From assembly GCA_002372935.1 (NCBI GenBank), contig DFJF01000007.1, positions 86,019 through 150,018 of the forward strand: a stretch of 64,000 bases of DNA, given 5' to 3'. The position numbers and the translations under genes are program-made. The DNA comes from Clostridiales bacterium UBA3678. Lineage in GTDB: Bacteria; Bacillota; Clostridia; TANB77; CAG-508. The stretch's first letter is position 1, and every line of letters begins with the position of its first letter. A model generated the notes under the pieces. It searched no databases. It saw nothing but the letters and a program-made list of their open reading frames with translations, and was not told where the DNA came from. Shown here piece by piece: positions 1 to 9,009 of the stretch.

Positions 1-168
1 AAAGGCAGGGCTTCGGATATTTAATTACCTATGGAGGTCAAATTTTTAAATTAGATTTAGTAATGGCAAGTATCATTATTCTTGGAATTTTTTCATGTAT
101 AATGTACTTTTTAGTATGGCTTCTTTCAAAAAGGGACGGTTCTTCTTTGAAAGAGAAAGGAAAAAGGT
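1..168 (+). CDS. C-terminal end of an ABC transporter permease (binding-protein-dependent inner-membrane component); 5' end lies outside the window
   Basis: Frame is open from nt 3 to the TAA at 166-168. It translates ...RQGFGYLITYGGQIFKLDLVMASIIILGIFSCIMYFLVWLLSKRDGSSLKEKGKR*, which resembles the hydrophobic tail of SsuC/TauC-type permeases. It sits directly upstream of the substrate-binding-protein gene. Confidence 0.55.
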
Positions 169-171
169 AAA

Positions 172-1182
172 ATGGAATTTAAAAAAATTGTAGTTTTCTT
201 AATAATAGCTATTATAATAGTTATTTCCTCTATTTTTATTATAAATAGAGGAAATTCATCAGATGAAAGCAATAATGATGGACTTAAGATAATATATGTA
301 AGTGAAGTAACAAGATCCGTATTTTATGCTCCACAATATGTTGCAATTGCAAATGGATATTTTGAGGAAAATGGATTAAAGATAGATTTAACGACAGGCC
401 AGGGTGCTGATAATGTCATGACTGCTGTTCTTTCAAATCAAGTAGATATTGGGTTTGCAGGACCAGAGGCTTCTATATATGTATATAATGAGGGAAAAGA
501 GGATTATACACAAGTATTTGCACAATTAACTAGAACTGATGGATCTTTTTTGGTAAGTAGTAAAAATATAAGAGATTTTAAATGGTCTGATTTAAAAGGA
601 AAAACAATAATACCAGGTAGAAAAGGAGGAGTTCCATATATGACTTTGCTTTATGTTTTAAGAAAAAATGGAATAGATCCTGAGAAAGATGTTATTTTAG
701 ATGATAGTATAGATTTTGATTTAATGGCAAGTGCATTTTCTACAGGAAAAGCAGATTTTGTAACATTATTTGAGCCAACCGCTTCTCAAATACAGAATTC
801 AAAAAAAGGATATATTATAAAATCAATTGGTAAAGAAGCTGGAGAAATACCCTATACTGCATATTTTGCTAAAAAAAGTTATATTGAAAAAAATTCAGAT
901 ATAATAAAAAGTTTTACAAATGCCATATATAAAGGGGAACAATATGTAGAAAAACATTCATCAAGAGAGATTGCAAAATCAATACAAGAATTTTTTCCAG
1001 ATACAGATTTAGATATGCTTTCAAATTCTATTGAAAGTTATAGAAAAATAAATGCATGGAGTAAAACTCCATATATGACAGAAAAATCATTTAATTTATT
1101 ACAGGATATAATACATGACGCTGGAGAACTTGATAAATATGGACCATATGAAGATATAGTTAATAATTTTTATGAAAAATAA
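172..1182 (+). CDS. ABC transporter substrate-binding protein, NMT1/THI5-like (sulfonate/nitrate/taurine family)
   Basis: 336-aa ORF. N-terminal signal/TM segment. Good RBS (aaaggaaaaaggtaaaATG). Sequence character matches NMT1/SsuA-like periplasmic binding proteins. Confidence 0.7.
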   Translation: MEFKKIVVFLIIAIIIVISSIFIINRGNSSDESNNDGLKIIYVSEVTRSVFYAPQYVAIANGYFEENGLKIDLTTGQGADNVMTAVLSNQVDIGFAGPEASIYVYNEGKEDYTQVFAQLTRTDGSFLVSSKNIRDFKWSDLKGKTIIPGRKGGVPYMTLLYVLRKNGIDPEKDVILDDSIDFDLMASAFSTGKADFVTLFEPTASQIQNSKKGYIIKSIGKEAGEIPYTAYFAKKSYIEKNSDIIKSFTNAIYKGEQYVEKHSSREIAKSIQEFFPDTDLDMLSNSIESYRKINAWSKTPYMTEKSFNLLQDIIHDAGELDKYGPYEDIVNNFYEK

Positions 1183-1215
1183 AAAATGGCGATTTATAAA
1201 AATCGCCATTTTTTT
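1183..1215. terminator. bidirectional rho-independent terminator
   Basis: Hairpin aatggcgattt-ataaa-aatcgccatt flanked by A-run and T-run. Lies between the convergent SBP gene and the tRNA. Confidence 0.7.
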
Positions 1216-1217
1216 AA

Positions 1218-1294
1218 TGGTGCTCCTTCAAGGACTTGAACCTTGGACCCACCGGTTATGAGCCGGTTGCTCTGACCAACTGAGCTAAAGGAGC
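1218..1294 (-). tRNA. tRNA with CAT anticodon (elongator Met, or Ile2 if lysidine-modified)
   Basis: Reverse complement reads GCTCCTTTAGCTCAGTTGGTCAGAGCAACCGGCTCATAACCGGTGGGTCCAAGGTTCAAGTCCTTGAAGGAGCACCA. Acceptor stem is 7 bp. D-stem is GCTC/GAGC. Anticodon stem is ACCGG/CCGGT with loop CTCATAA. T-arm is CAAGG-TTCAAGT-CCTTG. CCA is encoded. Confidence 0.85.
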
Positions 1295-1583
1295 TCTTCA
1301 CAAGACATTTTTTAGTATATATTATTTTTTATTTTTTGTCAATAGATTTTAGAAAAATTTTTTCAATAATTTGTTAATTTATGAAAATGTTTTAGTAATT
1401 AATTTTTGAAAATGTCTCAAAAATGATTTATAATATGTTACAGAGGTGACAAAATGAAAGAAATAAAAAATGTCCCCATTTTATAAAAAAAACTGTCTTA
1501 ATAAGTGAAATAGAAAAAATCCTATTTCAAGCTTGAAATAATACTGGATATATAGTATCCAATAGGAGGAAAATTCATGAAAT

Positions 1584-2057
1584 ATGAAAAAAAATGGTTT
1601 TGTGAAAACATCAAAAATATACAAGACCGGAATGTATAGATATGCATACAGTATATTAAAGAATGATGATGATTCACAAGATGCAATACAAGAAACTATT
1701 TATAAAGCATATAGAAATTTAGACGGTCTAAGAGATGAAAAAAATTTTAAGTCGTGGATATATAAGATTTTGACTAACTCTTCTTTAGAAATAATTAATA
1801 AACGTAAAACTTATCTAGATATAGATTCTAATGTTGAAATAGCTGATAAAGATAAAAATATAGAAACAAATTTATCATTATGGGAAGCTGTACAAAGTTT
1901 GAAACAACCATATAGAGATACAATTATATTATATTACTATAATGATTTATCTATAAAAGAAATTTGTGACATAAAAAAATCAACAAAAGAAGCAATAAAA
2001 AAACAATTATTAAGAGGAAGAGAAAAAATAAAAAATAAGATGGGAGGAAGTATTTAA
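1584..2057 (+). CDS. ECF-family RNA polymerase sigma factor (SigV-like)
   Basis: 157 aa with sigma-70 region 2 and region 4 signatures (DAIQETIYKAYRNL..., WIYKILTN...). The stop overlaps the start of the downstream anti-sigma gene (TAATG). Confidence 0.8.
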   Translation: MKKNGFVKTSKIYKTGMYRYAYSILKNDDDSQDAIQETIYKAYRNLDGLRDEKNFKSWIYKILTNSSLEIINKRKTYLDIDSNVEIADKDKNIETNLSLWEAVQSLKQPYRDTIILYYYNDLSIKEICDIKKSTKEAIKKQLLRGREKIKNKMGGSI

Positions 2058-2917
2058 TGAATAATTATATTAAAAGCATGAAATTACGAAAAATGGCACA
2101 TGAAGAAAAAATAACAATGCCAAGTAGGATAGCAAAAATGGTAGATGAAGCACTAGACAGTCTTCCAAACAGGAAACTAGATATTAGAAGAAAGTTGACT
2201 TATTCATTACAATTGGTTATGGCAATGGTAGTTGCTATTTTTGTAATATTGCCAAATACAAATTCAAAGGTAGCTTATGCTATGAGCGAGATACCAGTTA
2301 TAGGGAGTCTAGCAAAAATAGTAACAATACGTAATTACTCGGAAGAAAACGGAAATAGTGAGTTAAATATAAAAATTCCAAAAGTAAAAAATGAAGATAA
2401 TTCTAATAGTAATGCAAATGATGAAATAAACGAAAATGTAGAAGATATAACTCAAGAAATTTTGCAACAATATTATTCAGAAGAAGGCAAAAGTACAAAG
2501 TTGGCTGTAAGTATTGATTCTGAAGTTATAAGAAATGATGAGGATTGGTTTACATTAAAGCTTATTATATCAAGGACAATGGCAGATACTGAAAAAGAAT
2601 ATAAATATTATAACTTAAATAAAAAAGAAGATAAAATAATGCAATTATCAGATTTATTTAAAAACGAAAAATATAAAGATTCAATTAATGAAGAAATAAA
2701 GAAACAAATGAAAAGTCAAATGAAATCAGATGAAAATATAATTTATTGGACAGATGAAAATAAATTTAAGTCAATATCTGATGATCAGAATTATTACTTT
2801 TCAAATAATGGGAATATTGTTATAGTATTTGATCAATTTGAAGTTGCACCTGGATATATGGGAAACCCTGAATTTGAAATTTTAAAAAATGTTTATGAAG
2901 GATATTTGAAAGATTAA
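2057..2917 (+). CDS. RsiV-like anti-sigma factor (single TM, DUF4163/DUF3298-type extracytoplasmic domain)
   Basis: 286 aa. Cytoplasmic N-terminus, one TM (LVMAMVVAIFVIL), and a C-terminal domain resembling the lysozyme-binding RsiV fold. Translationally coupled to the ECF sigma gene. Confidence 0.6.
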   Translation: MNNYIKSMKLRKMAHEEKITMPSRIAKMVDEALDSLPNRKLDIRRKLTYSLQLVMAMVVAIFVILPNTNSKVAYAMSEIPVIGSLAKIVTIRNYSEENGNSELNIKIPKVKNEDNSNSNANDEINENVEDITQEILQQYYSEEGKSTKLAVSIDSEVIRNDEDWFTLKLIISRTMADTEKEYKYYNLNKKEDKIMQLSDLFKNEKYKDSINEEIKKQMKSQMKSDENIIYWTDENKFKSISDDQNYYFSNNGNIVIVFDQFEVAPGYMGNPEFEILKNVYEGYLKD

Positions 2918-2931
2918 AAAGTATAATAAAA

Positions 2932-2968
2932 AATGACTAAAATTATTGTAAGTTTAGTCATTTTTAAT
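2932..2968 (+). terminator. rho-independent terminator after the sigma/anti-sigma pair
   Basis: Perfect 10-bp stem aatgactaaa/tttagtcatt followed by a T-rich tract. Confidence 0.65.
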
Positions 2969-3059
2969 TTGGATTGCATTTAAAATAATAAATGAAAAAA
3001 GAAAATTGACTTTTGGATAAATTTATTGTAAACTTGATATAAGAAAAAAGGAGGCAAAT

Positions 3060-3881
3060 ATGGAAAAAATAGCATTACTTTCAGATATACATGGAAATAT
3101 TACAGCATTAAATGAAGTGTTAAATGATATAGAAAATCGTGGAATAAAAAGAATTTTTTGTCTTGGAGATTATATTACAAAATGTTCTCATCCAGACTTA
3201 GTTATTGACAGACTAAGAGAGGTTGCAGAAGTTATGATAAAAGGAAATTGTGATAATGCAATATGTAAACCTGAAAATAAAAATAAAAATTTTTATTCTA
3301 GAAAAATAATTGGAGAGGAAAGAGCTCAGTTTTTATTTAATTTGCCAATTTCACATGATTTTTACATGAGTGGACATCTAATTAGAATTTTTCATGCATG
3401 TCCATATAATCTAGATGGAATATATAATCCGATGTTTAGCAATGAAGGGACAGTTTATTCTGGAAATGAATTAAAAGATCCAGAAGATTTATTTAAAAAT
3501 ACTGAGTTTATAGGAAAAGGCATGAGAGAACCAGAACCAGATATTGTTGTATATGGTCATATTCATACACCTTGTATAGTTAGATATAAAAATAAAACAT
3601 TAATAAATGCTGGAAGTGTTGGGATTCCAATAGAAATGTGCAATTCAGATATTGATGATGAAAAAAATAAATTTTCTACACTTGCTTCTTATGCTATAAT
3701 TGAGGGTACATATGGGTCAAAAGAACTAGGTTCTATTTCTTTTAATTTAGTTAGAGTACCTTATGATATTGAAAAAGAAGTTAAAGATTTAGAATATTCT
3801 GAAACACCTAATAAACATATAATAATTAAAAGTTTAAAAGGTGCAATCCCACCAGAATTTAATTTTAGGAGTGGAAAATAA
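3060..3881 (+). CDS. metallophosphoesterase (calcineurin-like phosphoesterase)
   Basis: Motifs DIHGN, GDYI and GHIH. Strong RBS aaaggagg. Confidence 0.7.
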   Translation: MEKIALLSDIHGNITALNEVLNDIENRGIKRIFCLGDYITKCSHPDLVIDRLREVAEVMIKGNCDNAICKPENKNKNFYSRKIIGEERAQFLFNLPISHDFYMSGHLIRIFHACPYNLDGIYNPMFSNEGTVYSGNELKDPEDLFKNTEFIGKGMREPEPDIVVYGHIHTPCIVRYKNKTLINAGSVGIPIEMCNSDIDDEKNKFSTLASYAIIEGTYGSKELGSISFNLVRVPYDIEKEVKDLEYSETPNKHIIIKSLKGAIPPEFNFRSGK

Positions 3882-3883
3882 AT

Positions 3884-5146
3884 ATGATTAATAAATTTAG
3901 AAGAGCAAAAGCTATTTTAAAAAAATACAATCAAGAACATTTATTACTCTTTTATAAAGAATTAACAAAAGAACAAAGAGAAATTTTAATAGATCAAATT
4001 TTGACTATAGATTTTGGCGAAATTATAGGTCTTTATGAACATTCTAAAAAAACAATAAATGATAAGGACACTGCAATTATTTCTCCATTATATCACTACG
4101 AAAAAAATCTTATTGATGCAAAAGAAATGCAAGGATTTATTTCAATTGGTGAAGATATAATTAAATCTCAAAAATTTGCAGTTGTTACAATGGCTGGAGG
4201 GCAAGGCACAAGATTAGGATATAAAGGACCAAAAGGAACTTATGAATTAAAATTTGAAGAAACAAATATAAAAAAATCATTATTTCAAATAATGTGTGAG
4301 GATTTAAAAAGAGCAAATAAAAAATATAATGTCACAATACCTTGGTATATTATGACAAGTGAAGAAAATGATAAAAAAACTAAGGAATATTTTGAGGAAA
4401 ATAATTATTGGAATTATCCGAGAGAAAATGTGAAATTTTTTATACAAGGAAAATTGCCACTAATTGATGTAGATGGTAAACTAATCCTACAAGAAACATA
4501 TTTAATTAAAACTGCATCAAATGGAAATGGAAATGTATTTAATTCTATGAGCAAACATAATATTATAAAAGATATGCAAAGCAAAGGCATACAATGGGTT
4601 TCGTTTGGAGGCATTGATAATGTTTTATTAAAAAATGCTGATCCATTATTTTTAGGGTTGACAATTGCTAAAGATCAAAAAATAGCGTCAAAATCAATTT
4701 TTAAACAAGATCCGCTTGAAAAGAATGCTGTATTTTGCAAGAAAGATGGGAAACCAGCAATTTTAGATTATGATGAAATAGATTTAGAATTATCAAATTC
4801 AAAATTTGATAATGGAATGTATAAATACAGAGATTCAAATATCATTTCACATTTAATGTCAATTGATGCAATAATTAAAATAAAAGATGTAAAACTACCA
4901 TATCATCGTTCATACAAAAAAAATGCATTTGTAAATGAAGAGGGGATGAAACAAGTACCAGATAGTCCAAATACTTTTAAATATGAAAATTTTATATTTG
5001 ATGGGTTTAAATATTTTGATGACATGTTGCTTTTGCGAGTAAATCCTAATGAGGAGTTTGCACCGATAAAAGATTTTAGGAGTGAATTTAATCCAGACAC
5101 TGCAAAAGAAAAATATGAGCATTATTGGAAAAATCATAAATTTTGA
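3884..5146 (+). CDS. UDP-sugar pyrophosphorylase (UDPGP family, UDP-GlcNAc pyrophosphorylase-like)
   Basis: MAGGQGTRLGYKGPKG nucleotide-binding loop typical of the UDPGP/UAP1 family. 420 aa. Confidence 0.65.
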   Translation: MINKFRRAKAILKKYNQEHLLLFYKELTKEQREILIDQILTIDFGEIIGLYEHSKKTINDKDTAIISPLYHYEKNLIDAKEMQGFISIGEDIIKSQKFAVVTMAGGQGTRLGYKGPKGTYELKFEETNIKKSLFQIMCEDLKRANKKYNVTIPWYIMTSEENDKKTKEYFEENNYWNYPRENVKFFIQGKLPLIDVDGKLILQETYLIKTASNGNGNVFNSMSKHNIIKDMQSKGIQWVSFGGIDNVLLKNADPLFLGLTIAKDQKIASKSIFKQDPLEKNAVFCKKDGKPAILDYDEIDLELSNSKFDNGMYKYRDSNIISHLMSIDAIIKIKDVKLPYHRSYKKNAFVNEEGMKQVPDSPNTFKYENFIFDGFKYFDDMLLLRVNPNEEFAPIKDFRSEFNPDTAKEKYEHYWKNHKF

Positions 5147-5188
5147 TTATCAGTGGACATCAGTTGAGAAAAAAGAAAGGAAGTAAAA

Positions 5189-5941
5189 ATGTTAAATCAG
5201 TTTTCAAGGACAGAATTGATAATAGGAAAAGATGGTGTAGAAAAAATACATAATTCTAAAGTTGCAATTTTTGGAATAGGAGGAGTAGGCTCTTTTGTAG
5301 TAGAAGGGTTGGTAAGAGCTGGAGTGGAAAATTTTCTTTTAGTAGATGATGATAAAATTTGTTTAACTAATTTAAATAGACAAATCATAGCTACTAAAAG
5401 CACAATTGGAAAGCCTAAAGTAGAAGTTGCAAAACAAAGGATCTTAGATATTAATCCAGATGCAAATGTAGAGATAAGACAAGAATTTTTTATGCCAGAT
5501 AGTGATGAGATATTAGATAAAACCATTGATTATATAGTTGATAGTGTAGATACTGTTACTGCTAAGATAGAATTAATTATGAGGGCTAAAAAATTAGATA
5601 TACCAATTATTTCGTGTATGGGAACAGGAAATAAATTAGATCCTACAAAATTTGAAGTTACAGATATATATAAGACTAGTGTTTGCCCACTTGCTAAAGT
5701 TATGAGAAAAGAATTGAGGGCAAGAGAAATAAAAGATTTAAAAGTGGTTTATTCTAAAGAAGAACCAATTATCCCTGATAATAGAAGTGAATCAAGTTGC
5801 AAAACTAATTGCATTTGTCCACCTGGTACAAAGAGAAAGTGTTCTATTAAAAATCAAGTTCCTGGAAGTATATCATTTGTACCATCTGTTGCAGGATTAA
5901 TTATTGCTGGTGAAGTAGTTAAAGATATTTTAAAAAAATAA
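5189..5941 (+). CDS. tcdA: tRNA threonylcarbamoyladenosine dehydratase (ThiF/MoeB family, TcdA/CsdL-like)
   Basis: GIGGVGS Rossmann motif. 250 aa. Overall TcdA-like layout. Confidence 0.65.
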   Translation: MLNQFSRTELIIGKDGVEKIHNSKVAIFGIGGVGSFVVEGLVRAGVENFLLVDDDKICLTNLNRQIIATKSTIGKPKVEVAKQRILDINPDANVEIRQEFFMPDSDEILDKTIDYIVDSVDTVTAKIELIMRAKKLDIPIISCMGTGNKLDPTKFEVTDIYKTSVCPLAKVMRKELRAREIKDLKVVYSKEEPIIPDNRSESSCKTNCICPPGTKRKCSIKNQVPGSISFVPSVAGLIIAGEVVKDILKK

Positions 5942-5948
5942 AAAAAAT

Positions 5949-5975
5949 TGGAACCAAATTACAAACAACATCGTC
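5949..5975 (+). promoter_or_regulatory. ECF-sigma-type promoter (TGGAAC - 17 nt - CGTC) about 50 nt upstream of the Dlt-like operon
   Basis: Read directly: TGGAAC at 5949-5954, a 17-nt spacer, then CGTC at 5972-5975. The AAC / CGT architecture is the established ECF promoter signature. Confidence 0.5.
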
Positions 5976-6025
5976 TAATATTTAGATGATATTATTTTAA
6001 AATAAAAAAGGAAAAGGGTAAAAAA

Positions 6026-7534
6026 ATGAAAACTATATTAGAGTATTTAGAAAATTCAGAAAAAAAGCATAATTCTAAGGTTGCTGTAATAGATGAAACA
6101 GGAAGATATACATATAAAGAGTTAGTCGAAAATAGTAAGAAAATAGGATCTGGAATTTTGGAAAAAATTGATAAAGGAAATCCAGTTCCAGTATTAATGG
6201 AAAAAGGAAAAGAAACTTTGTCAACATTTTTTGGAATTGTATATGCTGGCTGTTTTTATTGCTTACTAAATCCTAGTTTACCAGAAACGAGATTAAAAAA
6301 TATTATAAACACTTTAAATGCAAAATATATTGTTACAGATCAAGAGCATTCAGAATTAGCAACAAAATTAGTAAACAAAGACTATATTTTATTAGAAGAA
6401 GATTTGAAAAATACAGATATTAATCAGACTAAATTAAATTTGATAAGACAAGAAATTTTAGATGTTGATCCATTATATGCAAATTTTACATCTGGATCAA
6501 CTGGTATTCCAAAAGGAGTAGTGGTAGGAAACAGATCAGTAATAGACTTTATAGATAATTTTACTAATATTTTCAATATAAATGAAAATGATATAATTGG
6601 AAATCAAGCACCATTTGATTTTGATGTATCTGTAAAAGACATATATTCTAGTATTAGTAAGGGTGCAACATTAGTCATAATACCTAAAAGATTATTTTCG
6701 TTACCAGTAAAGTTACTTGATTTTATATGTGAAAATAAAGTTACAACTTTAATTTGGGCAGTTTCGGCATTATGTCTAATTACAACATTCCATGGATTAG
6801 ACTACAAAACTCCAAAATCTGTAAATAAAATTCTGTTTAGTGGTGAAGTTATGCCAATTAAGCACATTAAACAATGGATTGAACACTTACCAAATGCAAT
6901 GTTTGTAAATTTATATGGCCCAACAGAAATAACATGTAATTGTACATATCATATTGTGGATAAAAGCTTGAATTATGTAAAATCAATCCCAATTGGAAAA
7001 CATTTTCCAAATGAAGAAGTATTTTTATTAAACGACAAAAATGAATTAATAAAAGATACAGGAAAAACTGGAGAAATATGTGTTAAAGGTACATGTTTAG
7101 CGCTTGGTTATTATAATAATGAAGAACAAACGTCAAAAAGTTTCATACAAAATCCATTAAATCCTAATTATATTGATATAATATACAAGACTGGTGATTT
7201 AGGTGAATATGATGAAAATAATGATTTACATTTTTTAGGAAGAAAAGATTTTCAAATAAAATTTATGGGACATAGGATAGAATTAGAAGAGATAGAAAGA
7301 GCAATGGAAAAAATACCAGAAGTAGAGAGAAGCTGCTGCATATTCAATCAAGAAAAAGAAAAACTATACGGATTTTATGTGGGAAAAATAGATAAAAAAC
7401 AAGTTCATGATTATCTAAAAAACAATTTACCTATATTTATGATTCCAAATAAAATTACACAAATAGAGAAATTTGAGTTGACTAAAAATGGAAAAATTGA
7501 TAGAATGGCATTATTAAAAAATATAAAAAAATAA
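6026..7534 (+). CDS. DltA-family adenylation enzyme (D-alanine--D-alanyl carrier protein ligase-like; substrate uncertain)
   Basis: 502 aa. AMP-binding core motifs (TSGSTGIPKGV, YGPTE, GDLG). Length and order match DltA. Confidence 0.75.
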   Translation: MKTILEYLENSEKKHNSKVAVIDETGRYTYKELVENSKKIGSGILEKIDKGNPVPVLMEKGKETLSTFFGIVYAGCFYCLLNPSLPETRLKNIINTLNAKYIVTDQEHSELATKLVNKDYILLEEDLKNTDINQTKLNLIRQEILDVDPLYANFTSGSTGIPKGVVVGNRSVIDFIDNFTNIFNINENDIIGNQAPFDFDVSVKDIYSSISKGATLVIIPKRLFSLPVKLLDFICENKVTTLIWAVSALCLITTFHGLDYKTPKSVNKILFSGEVMPIKHIKQWIEHLPNAMFVNLYGPTEITCNCTYHIVDKSLNYVKSIPIGKHFPNEEVFLLNDKNELIKDTGKTGEICVKGTCLALGYYNNEEQTSKSFIQNPLNPNYIDIIYKTGDLGEYDENNDLHFLGRKDFQIKFMGHRIELEEIERAMEKIPEVERSCCIFNQEKEKLYGFYVGKIDKKQVHDYLKNNLPIFMIPNKITQIEKFELTKNGKIDRMALLKNIKK

Positions 7535-7552
7535 ACTATAGGAGGAAAAGTT

Positions 7553-8764
7553 TTGGAAGATTTTATGATAAAAAATATAATTGAAAAATATGATACACCA
7601 ATATATGTCTTTGATATTAATATACTAAAGCAAAGAATAAAATATTTAAAAGAACATTTATCAGATAAAATAAAATTATGTTATGCAGTTAAGGCAAATA
7701 CTTTTATTGTAAATGAACTAAGTGATGATATAGAAAGACTTGAGGTATGTTCTCCTGGGGAATATAAAATTTGTCATGAACAAAATGTGCCTCAAGAAAA
7801 GATTGTAATTTCTGGTGTATATAAAACACCTTCTGAAATAGAGAATATGATTGTAAACAGTCCAAAGATTGGAAGATATACAATTGAGTCTTTAGAACAA
7901 TTAGAATTATTGGATGAATTGTCAAAAAAATACAATATTAAATTAAACATTTTATTAAGACTTACTAGTGGAAACCAATTTGGAGTAAATGAAGAAGACA
8001 TCGAAAATATTATAAAAAATAGAGATAAATATAGAAAATTAAATTTTGTTGGAATACAGTATTTTTCAGGAACTCAAAAAAAATCAACAAAAAAGATTTT
8101 TAGAGAATTGGATTATTTGGACAATTTTATAAACCAATTAAAAACAAACTATGAGTTTAATGTAGAAGAATTAGAATATGGCGGAGGATTTGCTGTTAAT
8201 TATTTTGATGGTCATGAATTTGATGAAGTTACATATTTAGAAGAAATTTCTAAAATGTTTGAAAATTTAAAATATGATGGAAAAATAATTTTAGAACTTG
8301 GAAGGAGCATATCTGCTTCTTGTGGTAGTTATTTAACAAAAGTTGTTGATAAAAAAACAAATAAAGACGAGAATTACGCAATATTAGATGGAGGAATAAA
8401 TCAATTAGTTTATTTTGGACAGGTTATGGCAATGAAATTTCCATATTATGATATATATCCAAAACGCCAAAAAGAGGATATAAAAAAATGGAACTTGATG
8501 GGGTCTTTGTGTACAGTCAATGATATTTTAGTAAAACAATTACCAGTAAGTAATTTACAATTAGGAGATGTTTTTATATTTAAAAACACAGGAGCATATT
8601 GCATGACAGAATGTATTGCACTTTTCTTGAGTAGGGATTTACCTAAAGTAGCATTAATAAAAGGAGATAAAATAGAATTAGTCAGAAATTCGATAGAAAC
8701 ATATGTATTAAATATGTGTAATGAAAATAAAAATATAGAAAGGAAAGAGATTAAAAATGGATAG
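7553..8764 (+). CDS. PLP-dependent decarboxylase, Orn/DAP/Arg decarboxylase family 2 (diaminopimelate-decarboxylase-like)
   Basis: YAVKAN lysine motif. EYGGGF phosphate-binding loop. C-terminal GAYCMT. TTG start 6 nt after an AGGAGG RBS. Confidence 0.7.
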   Translation: MEDFMIKNIIEKYDTPIYVFDINILKQRIKYLKEHLSDKIKLCYAVKANTFIVNELSDDIERLEVCSPGEYKICHEQNVPQEKIVISGVYKTPSEIENMIVNSPKIGRYTIESLEQLELLDELSKKYNIKLNILLRLTSGNQFGVNEEDIENIIKNRDKYRKLNFVGIQYFSGTQKKSTKKIFRELDYLDNFINQLKTNYEFNVEELEYGGGFAVNYFDGHEFDEVTYLEEISKMFENLKYDGKIILELGRSISASCGSYLTKVVDKKTNKDENYAILDGGINQLVYFGQVMAMKFPYYDIYPKRQKEDIKKWNLMGSLCTVNDILVKQLPVSNLQLGDVFIFKNTGAYCMTECIALFLSRDLPKVALIKGDKIELVRNSIETYVLNMCNENKNIERKEIKNG

Positions 8765-8987
8765 ATTAATAGAGATTTTAGAAGAAATAGAAGATGGAGT
8801 AGATTATAAAAATTGCAAAACACTAATAGATGATCATTATTTAGATTCACTTTCAATTATATCATTAGTTGCAGAATTGGAGGATGAATTTGATATCACA
8901 ATTCCAACAGTTGAAATTATACCTGAAAACTTTAATTCTGTAGAATCTATGTGGAAACTAATAACTAGATTACAAGAAGAAGGATAA
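8757..8987 (+). CDS. D-alanyl carrier protein-like small acyl carrier protein (DltC-like)
   Basis: 76 aa. Phosphopantetheine-attachment motif LDSLSI. Overlaps the preceding gene by 8 nt. Confidence 0.7.
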   Translation: MDRLIEILEEIEDGVDYKNCKTLIDDHYLDSLSIISLVAELEDEFDITIPTVEIIPENFNSVESMWKLITRLQEEG

Positions 8988-9009
8988 TATATAACAAAAA
9001 TAGAAAGGT

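Noticed and set aside
1-171. Possible riboswitch (e.g. TPP) in the 5' region of the NMT1/THI5-like binding-protein gene
   Set aside because: The region is an uninterrupted reading frame encoding a permease C-terminus, and no TPP-box consensus (CUGAGA / ACCUGAUCUGGAUAAUGCCAGCG) is present.
4414-5526. Minus-strand ORFs of 60-110 aa embedded in large plus-strand genes. Examples here are 4414-4614, 4903-5137 and 5197-5526. Similar ones occur throughout the window, e.g. 7704-8001, 8446-8856, 12449-12796, 17584-18658, 23483-24194, 43493-43922, 53882-54931, 55243-56272, 61248-61764.
   Set aside because: They all lie antisense inside well-supported conserved genes. They are Leu/Phe/Ile/Ser-rich, as expected from AT-rich antisense frames. 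They lack RBSs. These are six-frame artefacts.
5760-5941. Cys-rich C-terminal tail of the TcdA-like protein (CKTNCICPPGTKRKC) as a possible extra metal-binding domain
   Set aside because: It is too short and unstructured to call from sequence alone. It is noted but not treated as a feature.
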